Shown in pieces: positions 37,875 through 47,492 of a stretch of 64,000 bases of DNA; the first letter of the stretch is position 1; each line of letters begins with the position of its first letter. The position numbers were made by a program, and so were the translations under genes. The stretch comes from a phage. The stretch lies in the NCBI GenBank assembly GCA_020241865.1, contig GCA_020241865.1_4709.1. The stretch is one strand, 5' to 3'. The notes beneath the pieces were generated by a model that did no database searches, was not told the origin of the DNA, and was given only the letters and a program-made list of their open reading frames with translations.

Positions 37875-40800
37875 TTACTTTTTGAGCGCTTTAAGTTCTT
37901 CTTCCAACGCTTCCACTTTTGCCGTAAGCTTCTGTACTTGTTTGATTAATGGAACCACCAAACGTTCGTACATGACACCTTCAGCGACGAGTCCGTTAGA
38001 AGAAACGATAGCGGGGTCATCTTCTTCTGTTGCATCACGCCAGTGCACGTACTGCGGTGCGATCTCGCCAACCTCTTCAGCAATCAACCCATACCAACCC
38101 CAATCCTTGTTGTCTGCTTCACATGTAGAACGATACCACACAGGACGCATCTCCAATACTTTATCCGCTTGTTCATCCGTGATATTCTCGATATCTTTCT
38201 TATAGCGACGCGACGACGTTGAACGAAACACATTGTTGATCCCAGAAACAGGACTGATATACATGTTAGCCCCGCTGGTTGTAGTGCTAATGTCCCATAC
38301 CGCAAATCCGCCGTTACTCCCATTTTTTACGATCAATGTGTTGGCAATAATGTCCAGGTTATTGTCGTAACCGGTTAATTGTCTTTCCGTTACATAACTG
38401 GATAGATTGACCGAGTAGTTCTTACTGTTATAACAACGACGCCATCCTGGGCTGTTGGTACTGCCATTATAGTTGTCGTAGCTATAAATGAACTCGGAGT
38501 TGGTTTTCGCACCACTGACGGAAGACGTGGTTGCGGTCGTAACACGGATGGTATAGTTTGTCATCCCGAAGCTAACGACCTCGATAACAGCACCAGCCAG
38601 AGGGATAATACCGCACTTGGTTTCACTGTCTGGGATGTATGCGCTGTCGGCAGCTGCGAAGGAGCAACGTGCGACCCAGGCGCGGGTATTGAATGCACCT
38701 TGGTTTTGCAACAACGTGATAAACGATGAGGTCGTAATCGAGCTGTTATTATCACCGGTGATCAACCAGCCGGTCGGGCATGCGGTTGCGCCAACGTTTT
38801 TCGCTGTTAACGTGATGTTCTGCGATCCGTCGAAGGCTACGCCACTGATAGTACGCGCAGTCTGCAGTTTCGTCGCCGTTGCTGCGTTCCCTGATGTGTT
38901 CTGGTTCCCTGCGGCGTTAACACCCGGCAGATTGATATTCGCACTACCGTCGAAAGACACCCCACCAATGGTGCGGGCGGTTTTCAGTTTTGTCGCCGTG
39001 GCGGCATTACCGGTCGTGTCTTGGTTACCGGTGGTGTTTACCCCAGGTAGGTTGATATTGGCCGTTCCGTTAAATGAAACACCACCAATCGTCCGTGCCG
39101 TTTGCAACTTCGTTGCGGATGCCGCATTCCCCGTGGTGTTTTGGTTACCTGTTGTATTCACACCTGGGATACTATCCTTAGATGTGTAGATCTGTGCCCA
39201 TTCCGACCAGTTCGCATCTGATGCATCACGACGCGAACGTAGGTAAGCTGGAGCGTGTGCGCCTGAAGTACCTGACCATCCAATAAGGATCTCACCTTCA
39301 CCTACTGCGGTTGCTCCTTTAAGATGAACAACGTTACCGTAGGCTGTAGGGTATCCGTTATTGTACGCTTCATACATCTGGATACCCGTATTGCTGCCCT
39401 GGGTCGCATTAGCTAAAGCGGTGACCCGTCCCTTGGAAGCGAGCACGTTAATGCTAAAGCTAATATCGGTTGTACCGTCAAAGGCGACCCCATTAATCCT
39501 CCGCGCTGTTTGGAGTTTCGTGGCAGTAGCCGCATTACCAGAGGTACTCTGATTGCCTGCTTTGTTCACACCTGGTAAATCAATGTTGGCGGTTCCATCA
39601 AAGGACACGCCCCCTATGGTTCTCGCCGTCTGAAGTTTTGTTGCTGAACCAGCGTTTCCGGAAGTGCTTTGATTACCCGCCGCGTTGACACCTGGTAGGT
39701 TAATGCTAGCAGAACCATCAAAAGAAACTCCACCGATCGTAATAGCTGTTCGCAACTTCGTGGCTGTCGCAGCGTTACCCGTCGTATTCTGATTACCAGC
39801 TGCATTGACGCCAGGTAATGCGATATCAGCTGTGCCATCGAACGCGACACCTCCGATTTTACGGGCGGTTTGTAGCTTGGTTGCTGTAGCAGCATTACCG
39901 CTGGTATTTTGCGTACCGGCTTTATTTACACCAGGAAGATCGATGTTAGCAGAACCATCGAAGCTGACGCCACCTATCGTTCTTGCAGTAGCAAGTTTAG
40001 CGGCTGTAGCAGCGACGTTACCGACTTTTAACCATTCTCCCCATGGACCATCCACACCGTTCCATGATGCCGTTAAACTGCGCACGTATATGTTTCCTGT
40101 ACGTACTGTGTAACGTTGTGTTCCACCGAATTGACCGGCTGGGAGCACTTCGATGTAACCTACAGCATTTGCTTCAGGGAAATTGTGGGCAGCATCGGCA
40201 TTCGTTGATGTTTGTTTGGACCAAATACCCACAGACGCTTCAACCGGACCGTAGGTATTCAGGTTTGCATCGGTTGGGAGTTGTCCTCTGAAACGACGGA
40301 ACGACGAGGCGTTAATTCCCAATATCGTTTGCATCCCTTCAACACCGGACTGCTGTAAGAGAGCGCGTGCGGTAGAAGTGATCGTTGCAAGCGCTACTTT
40401 ATCAGCACCTGTGAAATACGGTAATTTATTCGCTGATGTTGTTAGTCCAGAAAGGGCTGTGAGCAAAGCGTTCAGCGGTTGTTTGCCAGCTAAAGCGTTT
40501 GTTACAGTTGTCGCGAAGTTAGGATCGTTACCTAACGCTTGCGCCAATTCATTGAGTGTGTCCAACGCTTCAGGAGACGATCCGACAAGCGCTGCGATAG
40601 CACGCATCACAAATTCGGTATTCGCAATCTGCTGACTTTTATCGCCTTCGGCTGCGGTTGGTGTTGTCGGCTTATCGGTAAATGCCGGGCTAGAAAGATC
40701 CGCTTTAGCGCTAATTTGTGTTGCTAGGACTTTCCCGGCTTTCGCGGATAGTGCGAGTACTTCACTATCACTGTTCGTCGCCGAGGTTAACTGAACTAAC

Positions 40801-41399
40801 CCTTTACGTGTGGTACTAGCGTCCACTGCTGTGTACTTTCCTTTCGCAACATCCATCACAGCTTTAACTGCTTTTGATGTTGCGGCTTTGGTTTCGTCGT
40901 CACTATTTGTTTCGCTGCTAAGGATCGTTAATCCCCGTTTCTCGGTGGTCGCATCTGGTAAGAATGCGTCACTAACAACCTTCAATTCGATCGCATCGGT
41001 ATTGCTTACGACAACAAATACCTGACAATTTAACACACGTCCTGCCCCTTCGGAAGGCAGTGGTTTGTACCCTTCTGGCGCATTGCCGACAACGACAAGT
41101 TCACCCTGATCGTCGTACAGACCGATCTCACGCACCCAGAACCCACCTTGACTGGCGGGAATAATGCCTTCAACAACAATCCGGGTTGTGTCGTCAACAT
41201 CAATGTGGATGTTAGAAACTTCCCCACGATAAACTTCGTGTACGAGCGCTGTTTGGCTAACATCGGGGGTTGGTGTAGAGCCGTTTCCGTCACCAACAGC
41301 AAAATGTGTGATTCTTAGTTTCTCACCGTCAGGAAGTAGCGCTGCGGCAATACGTTCAGCGCCTTTATCGGTAATGACCGTTTTATAAGTTGTACTCAT
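37875..41399 (-). CDS. long tail fibre (1174 aa) with tandem 38-aa repeats and C-terminal S74-type intramolecular chaperone domain
   Basis: TTRKGLVQLTSATNSDSE fibre motif (cf. lambda Stf); ~8 repeats of ATKLQTARTIGGVSFDGSANINLPGVN; C-terminal SSRRYKKDIENI...WGWYGLIAEEVGEIAP matches auto-cleaving chaperone signature. Confidence 0.85.
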   Translation of the reverse strand: MSTTYKTVITDKGAERIAAALLPDGEKLRITHFAVGDGNGSTPTPDVSQTALVHEVYRGEVSNIHIDVDDTTRIVVEGIIPASQGGFWVREIGLYDDQGELVVVGNAPEGYKPLPSEGAGRVLNCQVFVVVSNTDAIELKVVSDAFLPDATTEKRGLTILSSETNSDDETKAATSKAVKAVMDVAKGKYTAVDASTTRKGLVQLTSATNSDSEVLALSAKAGKVLATQISAKADLSSPAFTDKPTTPTAAEGDKSQQIANTEFVMRAIAALVGSSPEALDTLNELAQALGNDPNFATTVTNALAGKQPLNALLTALSGLTTSANKLPYFTGADKVALATITSTARALLQQSGVEGMQTILGINASSFRRFRGQLPTDANLNTYGPVEASVGIWSKQTSTNADAAHNFPEANAVGYIEVLPAGQFGGTQRYTVRTGNIYVRSLTASWNGVDGPWGEWLKVGNVAATAAKLATARTIGGVSFDGSANIDLPGVNKAGTQNTSGNAATATKLQTARKIGGVAFDGTADIALPGVNAAGNQNTTGNAATATKLRTAITIGGVSFDGSASINLPGVNAAGNQSTSGNAGSATKLQTARTIGGVSFDGTANIDLPGVNKAGNQSTSGNAATATKLQTARRINGVAFDGTTDISFSINVLASKGRVTALANATQGSNTGIQMYEAYNNGYPTAYGNVVHLKGATAVGEGEILIGWSGTSGAHAPAYLRSRRDASDANWSEWAQIYTSKDSIPGVNTTGNQNTTGNAASATKLQTARTIGGVSFNGTANINLPGVNTTGNQDTTGNAATATKLKTARTIGGVSFDGSANINLPGVNAAGNQNTSGNAATATKLQTARTISGVAFDGSQNITLTAKNVGATACPTGWLITGDNNSSITTSSFITLLQNQGAFNTRAWVARCSFAAADSAYIPDSETKCGIIPLAGAVIEVVSFGMTNYTIRVTTATTSSVSGAKTNSEFIYSYDNYNGSTNSPGWRRCYNSKNYSVNLSSYVTERQLTGYDNNLDIIANTLIVKNGSNGGFAVWDISTTTSGANMYISPVSGINNVFRSTSSRRYKKDIENITDEQADKVLEMRPVWYRSTCEADNKDWGWYGLIAEEVGEIAPQYVHWRDATEEDDPAIVSSNGLVAEGVMYERLVVPLIKQVQKLTAKVEALEEELKALKK
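38790..40025 (-). repeat. in-frame tandem ~114-bp (38-aa) repeats inside tail fibre gene, two blocks (approx 38790-39180 and 39450-40025)
   Basis: periodic DNA/protein repeats; antisense ORFs here are repeat artefacts. Confidence 0.8.
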
Positions 41400-41405
41400 G
41401 GCGTT

Positions 41406-41933
41406 TTATCCCGGGTAAATAGTGATGACATCACCGATGACAGTTGCCGCACCGGCGCAAAGATACGCTGGTGATGTATCACGCTGGTTTGTCACGATAA
41501 GATCCAATTGCCCACGCCAAACCATGGAGGTATTCGCGATGGGAATCGAGATCTTCTTGGATGTGTCGTCACGAAAATCAATGACAGTAGCAAGGATAGC
41601 TGAATCAAAATCAGCATCGGTTTCAAAGATGAATCCGTACTGATCTGAAATAGCTTGAATAACCGCTCTTATAGTTGTTGTTTCAACCGACTCCAAAACG
41701 ATTTTCATCGGTATCCCTAGAAACGCTTTCGCGATATCACGTCGTGTGTAAGTGATAAAACTTTCACCACACCACCTTGTTCCTTCATTTGCTGTGACGA
41801 TCACTTTTGCCCTGTTAGCACCAGAACTCCTATCCAGGGTTAAAGTGAGATCGGAGTTGCTGAACACGCTACCGTTACGTTGGTTTATCAACGTAATCAG
41901 TTCGTCTTTCCACGGCAGGTAAAGTGAACGCAT
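41406..41933 (-). CDS. short protein (~175 aa) consisting mainly of the shared tail-fibre N-terminal anchor domain
   Basis: ORF 41406..41954; ATG 41933 (MRSLYLPWKDELI) with GGAGG RBS; YTRRDIAKAFLGIPMKI, DQYGFIFETDADF blocks. Confidence 0.65.
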   Translation of the reverse strand: MRSLYLPWKDELITLINQRNGSVFSNSDLTLTLDRSSGANRAKVIVTANEGTRWCGESFITYTRRDIAKAFLGIPMKIVLESVETTTIRAVIQAISDQYGFIFETDADFDSAILATVIDFRDDTSKKISIPIANTSMVWRGQLDLIVTNQRDTSPAYLCAGAATVIGDVITIYPG

Positions 41934-41950
41934 AAGCGCACCCTCCTCCA

Positions 41951-42001
41951 ACAATCAAATTAAGATGCAAAACGCCTCGAAACCGGAGTGCGATTCGAGG
42001 C
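41951..42001 (-). terminator. putative intrinsic terminator downstream of 42090..43844
   Basis: GCCTCGAA-loop-TTCGAGGC followed on minus strand by GUUUUGCAUCUUAAUUU. Confidence 0.45.
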
Positions 42002-42039
42002 AAACGTAAACAGTCTTAACGACCGCATAAAATTCCGCG

Positions 42040-42093
42040 CATATTACCCCCCCCCCCCTCGCTTCGTCGAGGTAGGGGAGGATAACACTTTAT
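42040..42093 (-). terminator. degenerate family-like hairpin containing a C12 homopolymer
   Basis: CATATTA-C12-TCG-CTTCGT-CGAGGTAGGGGAGG...TTTATG downstream of 42090..43844 stop. Confidence 0.35.
42047..42058. repeat. C12 homopolymer tract (intergenic)
   Basis: 12 consecutive C between 41933 start and 42090 stop. Confidence 0.7.
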
Positions 42094-43844
42094 GCCGCTA
42101 CATACCCAGGCCAACGTTCTCTTGGCCAGTTTGTTGCGCCCTGTCCAACGTTGTCCTTACCAGAAGTTACATTACTTACGTCCCAACCACTAAGATCCTG
42201 GTTAAATGCGGTGTTGTTGCGCATCATGAGGTCGATCCTACGTAACGATTGGGTATTCCAGCCGGAAATGTCTTGGTTGAATGCCGCGTTGTAAGCAAAC
42301 ATGTTAACAACGTCTTGTAATTTTGAAGTGTTCCAGCCGCTTATATCGCTATTGAACCGCATGTTCGAGAACATACTGCTAGCGTTGACAAGACTACCTG
42401 TTTTCCAGTTAACCAGCTTGTCCCCATCAAGTGCATAGCAGCTACTGAACATGTAACTCATGTCGTTAACTTTGGATACATCCCATTTATCTAACCCGTT
42501 ACCAACGAACTTGCGACAATCTTGGAACATCGAGCTCATATCGGTAACCTGGCTCACATTCCATTTGCTAAAGTCGAGGTTGAGGTTTGTGCATCCGGAG
42601 AAGGTTTGATACATACTGGTGATACGACTAACATCCCATTCTTGAATGTTAGGATCATTAAGTATAGATAAGAATTTGAACAATTCGTCTAACGACGTCC
42701 ATTTCTCTGGGATACGGTTTGGTACGGTACGGAGTGATAAAAGGTAACTGGTTGACGGAGAGCGGAACATACCGTTATCCCAATTTACGATTTCTGTAAT
42801 GTTGGACCCACGGATCGTTTGGCGTCCGTTACCATTATACACAGACCCTGTTGCAGTTATTGTATATTCGTTTGTATCAGCATACGTATATTCAGCCTGT
42901 GTAGGCCACTCACCTATTACATCCCTATTCCCATCGCCCCAATCAATGGAAATATCTATCCAACCATCAAGATCTAGGGTAACGGTCCCGCCATTGGTCT
43001 TCAGGACGTATTTACCTGCATTGTCGGTATAATAACAAACAATCATCGCACCGTACAGGTTACCAATTTGCCAATCATCCTTTTGAGTTACCGCGATATG
43101 TGCTGTGCCACGTTGTAGGAAAAGAACCGTACGGTTCTCGTCAGTCTGTAATGTGGTTAATGCTTGAGCCTTATCATCGTCGGTAATTTCACCAGCTTCC
43201 ACTAAAGCACTTAACATTCTTTCGAAGTATTCGATGGGTAATTGGCGTCCTACAGACATATCAACTGATGGAACAGCGAGATCATCCAATGCGGCGGCAG
43301 TTGCAAGCACTAATGATCCATTGGTGGTGTCTGTTTCTTGGAGGTAATGCAGTCCCGTAATCTGGTACGCTTGAATGATTGTAATCAGATCCAGCGTATC
43401 GTTAATGACCTGTACTTGTAAATGTCCAGACCAAACATAGCTGCTTTCAGCAATCGGTAATTCGACCGACTGAATACCCGATGTTTCAAAACTGATCTTC
43501 TTATTAAGATCGGCTTCCAGGAAATCAACCGCGAGGTCGAAATTTATACCGTACTTTTCAGCGATGGAATCTATGATGTTCCTGAAAGCAACATCGGTAC
43601 TTACGATGAATCGTAAAGGGATTCCTGTGAACGCATTAGCAATATCTCGACGAACATACGTAAGTGATTGTTCGAAGAAATAGGGACTGTTATCTCCAGG
43701 TTTGATGGTTACCTGACACATTTCAGGATGTTCAGCTGGGATGAACGATTCAAATTTAACATCGGATTCCTTCAACGAAAGCATGTTCTTCCGGTTTACC
43801 AGCGCCAGAAGATCGGCTTTCCATCCAGGATAAACAGTAGACAT
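42090..43844 (-). CDS. tail fibre/receptor-binding protein (~584 aa): shared N-terminal anchor domain plus C-terminal DUF285-like repeats
   Basis: N-terminus paralogous to 33173..35785; C-terminal repeats FxxCxxF...WDVSKV/ISGWNTS/LSGWDVSNVT; ATG 43844 with GGAG RBS. Confidence 0.75.
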   Translation of the reverse strand: MSTVYPGWKADLLALVNRKNMLSLKESDVKFESFIPAEHPEMCQVTIKPGDNSPYFFEQSLTYVRRDIANAFTGIPLRFIVSTDVAFRNIIDSIAEKYGINFDLAVDFLEADLNKKISFETSGIQSVELPIAESSYVWSGHLQVQVINDTLDLITIIQAYQITGLHYLQETDTTNGSLVLATAAALDDLAVPSVDMSVGRQLPIEYFERMLSALVEAGEITDDDKAQALTTLQTDENRTVLFLQRGTAHIAVTQKDDWQIGNLYGAMIVCYYTDNAGKYVLKTNGGTVTLDLDGWIDISIDWGDGNRDVIGEWPTQAEYTYADTNEYTITATGSVYNGNGRQTIRGSNITEIVNWDNGMFRSPSTSYLLSLRTVPNRIPEKWTSLDELFKFLSILNDPNIQEWDVSRITSMYQTFSGCTNLNLDFSKWNVSQVTDMSSMFQDCRKFVGNGLDKWDVSKVNDMSYMFSSCYALDGDKLVNWKTGSLVNASSMFSNMRFNSDISGWNTSKLQDVVNMFAYNAAFNQDISGWNTQSLRRIDLMMRNNTAFNQDLSGWDVSNVTSGKDNVGQGATNWPRERWPGYVAA

Positions 43845-43859
43845 AAGCACTCCAATCAT

Positions 43860-43876
43860 GGGGCGGTAACCGCCCC
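43860..43876 (-). terminator. short perfect GC hairpin between 43883..47479 and 42090..43844
   Basis: GGGGCGG-TAA-CCGCCCC; no U-run, may be RNA structural element rather than terminator. Confidence 0.4.
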
Positions 43877-43882
43877 CATCAG

Positions 43883-46800
43883 TTAAATTGTCGGTTTCAC
43901 GTCGCGTAATAGGGCAATATAATAGCCTAATCCTCGGAGGATCTCCCCACTCCAGAAACCAAAATACATTCCGTCTCTGCCGAGATTAGCACTATCTGGT
44001 GCAGGACTCCACCCACCATTCATTGCGTCATCAACGGTGTAGCGGTTGATGTAGTTTTCAACGATTTCATTATAAACGTTAACGGCAACAGGATAGCCTT
44101 TATCGTTGGGATGCCCATACAACATCGCTAACGACGCACCCGCTAACCATAATCCTGCCATATGACCAGTAAAGTCATTAGGGATAAAAGCAGGGGGTTT
44201 ATCCATCGGAAAATCCGTAGGAGATTGATAAGCGTTTTCCTGTTGATACGTAAACAAGAAATCGATCCAATGGCTGATGTAAGTGGTTAACTTCTCAGGG
44301 ACAGCCAAACCACGATCAAGCAGTCCGGCATAAAGCCTCACCACTGAAAAGAAAGCCCTCGGCTGATAACCAGGCCATGCTGTCTGATCGCCGAAGTGGT
44401 ACATCGTAAAATCATTAACTTTCGATCCGCTTGGCGCATCCCAACGATCCCACACGTACGCACTTGCTCCTGGCCCTAAAACCCCGAATTTCTGATAATA
44501 CCACTGCTGCGAGTCATACCAGAAATTCACAACATTCTGAATCATGAGGTCACGTCGTTCAGCCGATACGTCCATATCCAGGAAGACCCATGGATGTTGG
44601 TAGCCGGGATAAGGCTGACCACGCCAGCTGTCGAACGTCGGTGCGTTAGGGATATAGTTGTTCGAGAACGGAATAATACCCGGAGTATAAGGCAATGGAT
44701 CCAGACGTTGGTTGACAATCGTACAATCGCCAACACGCAATGTGCCCTCTGCCTCAAAGATTGCTTTTAACGTAAACAGCATGGTATATCCGTCATCCGT
44801 GGTGTAAGTTGACGGTGGATTGTTGATGGCGTAAAGCTTAAATACCCCTTCAGCGATATCGCTGTCATCAGGCAAGAACAGAATTTCAGTTGAACCGTCG
44901 CCCCACACAGGTGCGGAAGGTTTAGGGTCAGTATCAGCATGGCCAGGTTGATACCCTGAGAGCCTCCATCCGTTCGCCGAAAGCGTCAATGTATTTCTTG
45001 CTGTGGTGGCCGGTAGCATATACCACCATCGCCAACCATTTGCATCTTCTACACGAACGTTGTAGTCAATCGACGCGAAATAACTGACCTGCCTTACGAT
45101 CTGTTTTGCGGTTGGATTGAATTCAAATTGTCCGCCTGCCGCAGTAAGCTGCGCTTTTAGGAACAACCCATCCCAGGAATCTTCCACTGCTTCGCTGAAT
45201 TCTGTTGTGATTGCGATATCGTCTTTCCAGCCGACTTTATCAGCCGACATCAACACCGAACCTGTAACAGCATCACCGGTTGGTATTGAAGCTTCATCAA
45301 CCGCATCAGCGGGAATCAACGAGCCTATTTTGAAATCCCATCCTTTCGGTTCAACGCTGGAAGGTAATACCAGCTTGTACGTTTTGGCTTTCGCTTCGGT
45401 TTTGTCCAAAGAAAGCGATAATGAGATCTCAACCGGAATTGCAACGCCTGTCGTATCTTTACCGCCGCAGGTTACCCGAAGAATTGAATCACGATTGACG
45501 CGGAACGGAATGGCCTGCTGTTCAAGGTAAATTTGTGCTGAAGATGCTTGAATCACGATCCAACCATCGGTATCACGCGTGATTGTGAACGGCGCTTTCG
45601 ACGGGTATGTATACGTGTAAGCGATACCGTCGGTGTCGTAACGATCGGTTCCTTTTACTTGACGGAAGAACTTATCGTTAGCGTCAATACGGGTATATTC
45701 TTCAATCGTAAACAAAGACGCCTTGTACGCTTTCTGATAACGCTCCTGCTGCGTTAAACGGTATAAGGTGTAGGCTGCTTCACAAAACCACTGTTCAGCG
45801 TCTGACGCGTTTCCCATGTAGTCTCTGGTGACCGGCACCTGGATCGGTCGGTTATGCTGACACTCGTTCGTTTTGATAAGGTATCCGCCATATTCAACAG
45901 GAACACGCGGTGCCCATGCAACCAAGTAAGAACCGCTGACGGATTTATTTTTGAGTACGATAGTACCTACTTCATCGTCAGTACACGCTTCAAGATCGTC
46001 CCCGTCAGCACTTACGTAACGTTTTGTGCGTAACGCAACTTTCTCGATAGGGAACACCGTACCCTTTGTATCCCAGTCAATCGTCCCATCATCATTGGTT
46101 TTGAACACATCCGCGTTCAAATTCTGCCAGCCGAGTTTACCTTCATAGACCTGAACAACAAGATCCATGTATTCCCCGAACGTTGGTGCCCCATGTGTTA
46201 TTTTCCCGATACCGTTGGTGAATGTAACCGCTGTGTCATGGAAACCGCCATGTGTTGGGTAATCGTCTTTTGCAAGAGGATAATGGGCCAACACAGGTTG
46301 TTTACCATTAACAATCCAGTTAGCGATCCAGCGTGCCGGTGTATCCGGTGGTTCAAGGCCTGCATAGAACGCTTTTATATACGCATCGAACGATGCCTCT
46401 GCTAATGTGAGATAGTGCGCTTTAAGCTTGGTATCATCCGTTGTATGACTGAATATACCCGCACCCAGAATTAACAACGACTGTCCTTCTGTTGTTGCGT
46501 CACCATCCGGTTGTGCTTCTTGTCGTGTTGCTGCAATGAAATGACGGTTGTTTACCATGACCCCGCTTTCATTTAACACGTAATGATCGGTTTCTGGGTC
46601 GGTAAACGTTCCTGTGTTTCGGGTTAAGAATCTTGCATGGCCATAACCAACGAAATTAACCGGCGACGCTGTAATCATCCATTTACCGATAAGTTGAGCA
46701 ACATCATTATAACGCTCGGATGCGGTGATTTGTTTCACGTACCAGTCTTTATGGTTAAATGTCCAAAGCAGGAAGTAATAAGTTGTATCGATTTCCATCA

Positions 46801-47479
46801 CTGGGAACGTCGGCGTTAACGGCTCCAGCGTTAAGTAGTTGCTCCAGTCAATCTGTCCGCCAACCACCGATGGGGTAATCTCTAATAACTGACACCATTC
46901 ATAACGGTCCGGTACACTACTGGACGTTGTTGGTAAAGGTAACTTGTATACGCCAGTACGATTCAGATCGAACGCTTTTCTAGCCGATCCTAAATCAACA
47001 TAAATACTCGATGATGCGCTTGCACTATATGCCCCCAAAGCACCTAGCGTTGACCGATACATTGAGATGAACAACGTATCTTTCCAGTAAGGGTTATCCT
47101 TGGTTGGTTCTAAAGCGATTTGTGCGGAGATGCTGTTCCATGTCCCTAACTGGTATGTCGCATTTAAAGATTCTTCTGTGAAATAACTTTCTGCAATCGT
47201 CAGATGGAACTGCTCGTTCAATAACGCGAGTGCGGCGCGGCCAGTAACATCCTCGTTACCGGTTTCTTTTTTCACGATCGCGCCGAACGGAAACAGTGTC
47301 GCGAATGACCGTTTTGGTTTATTAACCGTAACCGTCCCTGTGTAATTTCCAACACCGTCGAGTTTTTGACTATCGCCAACAGCAGTGACTGCGATACCAT
47401 CAACCGGGATATCTGTTTTATTTAGTATATTGAGTTGGTCAACCAGATCCTGCTTATCGTCAGGTAAGAATGTCGCCAT
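43883..47479 (-). CDS. large hypothetical protein (1198 aa), likely tail fibre/tailspike or other virion protein
   Basis: long ORF within fibre cluster; ATG with AAGGTGGAG RBS; no shared N-domain, no catalytic motif recognised. Confidence 0.75.
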   Translation of the reverse strand: MATFLPDDKQDLVDQLNILNKTDIPVDGIAVTAVGDSQKLDGVGNYTGTVTVNKPKRSFATLFPFGAIVKKETGNEDVTGRAALALLNEQFHLTIAESYFTEESLNATYQLGTWNSISAQIALEPTKDNPYWKDTLFISMYRSTLGALGAYSASASSSIYVDLGSARKAFDLNRTGVYKLPLPTTSSSVPDRYEWCQLLEITPSVVGGQIDWSNYLTLEPLTPTFPVMEIDTTYYFLLWTFNHKDWYVKQITASERYNDVAQLIGKWMITASPVNFVGYGHARFLTRNTGTFTDPETDHYVLNESGVMVNNRHFIAATRQEAQPDGDATTEGQSLLILGAGIFSHTTDDTKLKAHYLTLAEASFDAYIKAFYAGLEPPDTPARWIANWIVNGKQPVLAHYPLAKDDYPTHGGFHDTAVTFTNGIGKITHGAPTFGEYMDLVVQVYEGKLGWQNLNADVFKTNDDGTIDWDTKGTVFPIEKVALRTKRYVSADGDDLEACTDDEVGTIVLKNKSVSGSYLVAWAPRVPVEYGGYLIKTNECQHNRPIQVPVTRDYMGNASDAEQWFCEAAYTLYRLTQQERYQKAYKASLFTIEEYTRIDANDKFFRQVKGTDRYDTDGIAYTYTYPSKAPFTITRDTDGWIVIQASSAQIYLEQQAIPFRVNRDSILRVTCGGKDTTGVAIPVEISLSLSLDKTEAKAKTYKLVLPSSVEPKGWDFKIGSLIPADAVDEASIPTGDAVTGSVLMSADKVGWKDDIAITTEFSEAVEDSWDGLFLKAQLTAAGGQFEFNPTAKQIVRQVSYFASIDYNVRVEDANGWRWWYMLPATTARNTLTLSANGWRLSGYQPGHADTDPKPSAPVWGDGSTEILFLPDDSDIAEGVFKLYAINNPPSTYTTDDGYTMLFTLKAIFEAEGTLRVGDCTIVNQRLDPLPYTPGIIPFSNNYIPNAPTFDSWRGQPYPGYQHPWVFLDMDVSAERRDLMIQNVVNFWYDSQQWYYQKFGVLGPGASAYVWDRWDAPSGSKVNDFTMYHFGDQTAWPGYQPRAFFSVVRLYAGLLDRGLAVPEKLTTYISHWIDFLFTYQQENAYQSPTDFPMDKPPAFIPNDFTGHMAGLWLAGASLAMLYGHPNDKGYPVAVNVYNEIVENYINRYTVDDAMNGGWSPAPDSANLGRDGMYFGFWSGEILRGLGYYIALLRDVKPTI

Positions 47480-47492
47480 TATTTACTCCACC

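Noticed and set aside
38617-40113. Plus-strand ORFs 38617..39189 and 39805..40113 with repeated peptides
   Set aside because: They are the antisense translation of the tail fibre tandem repeats; periodicity comes from the repeats, not from coding.
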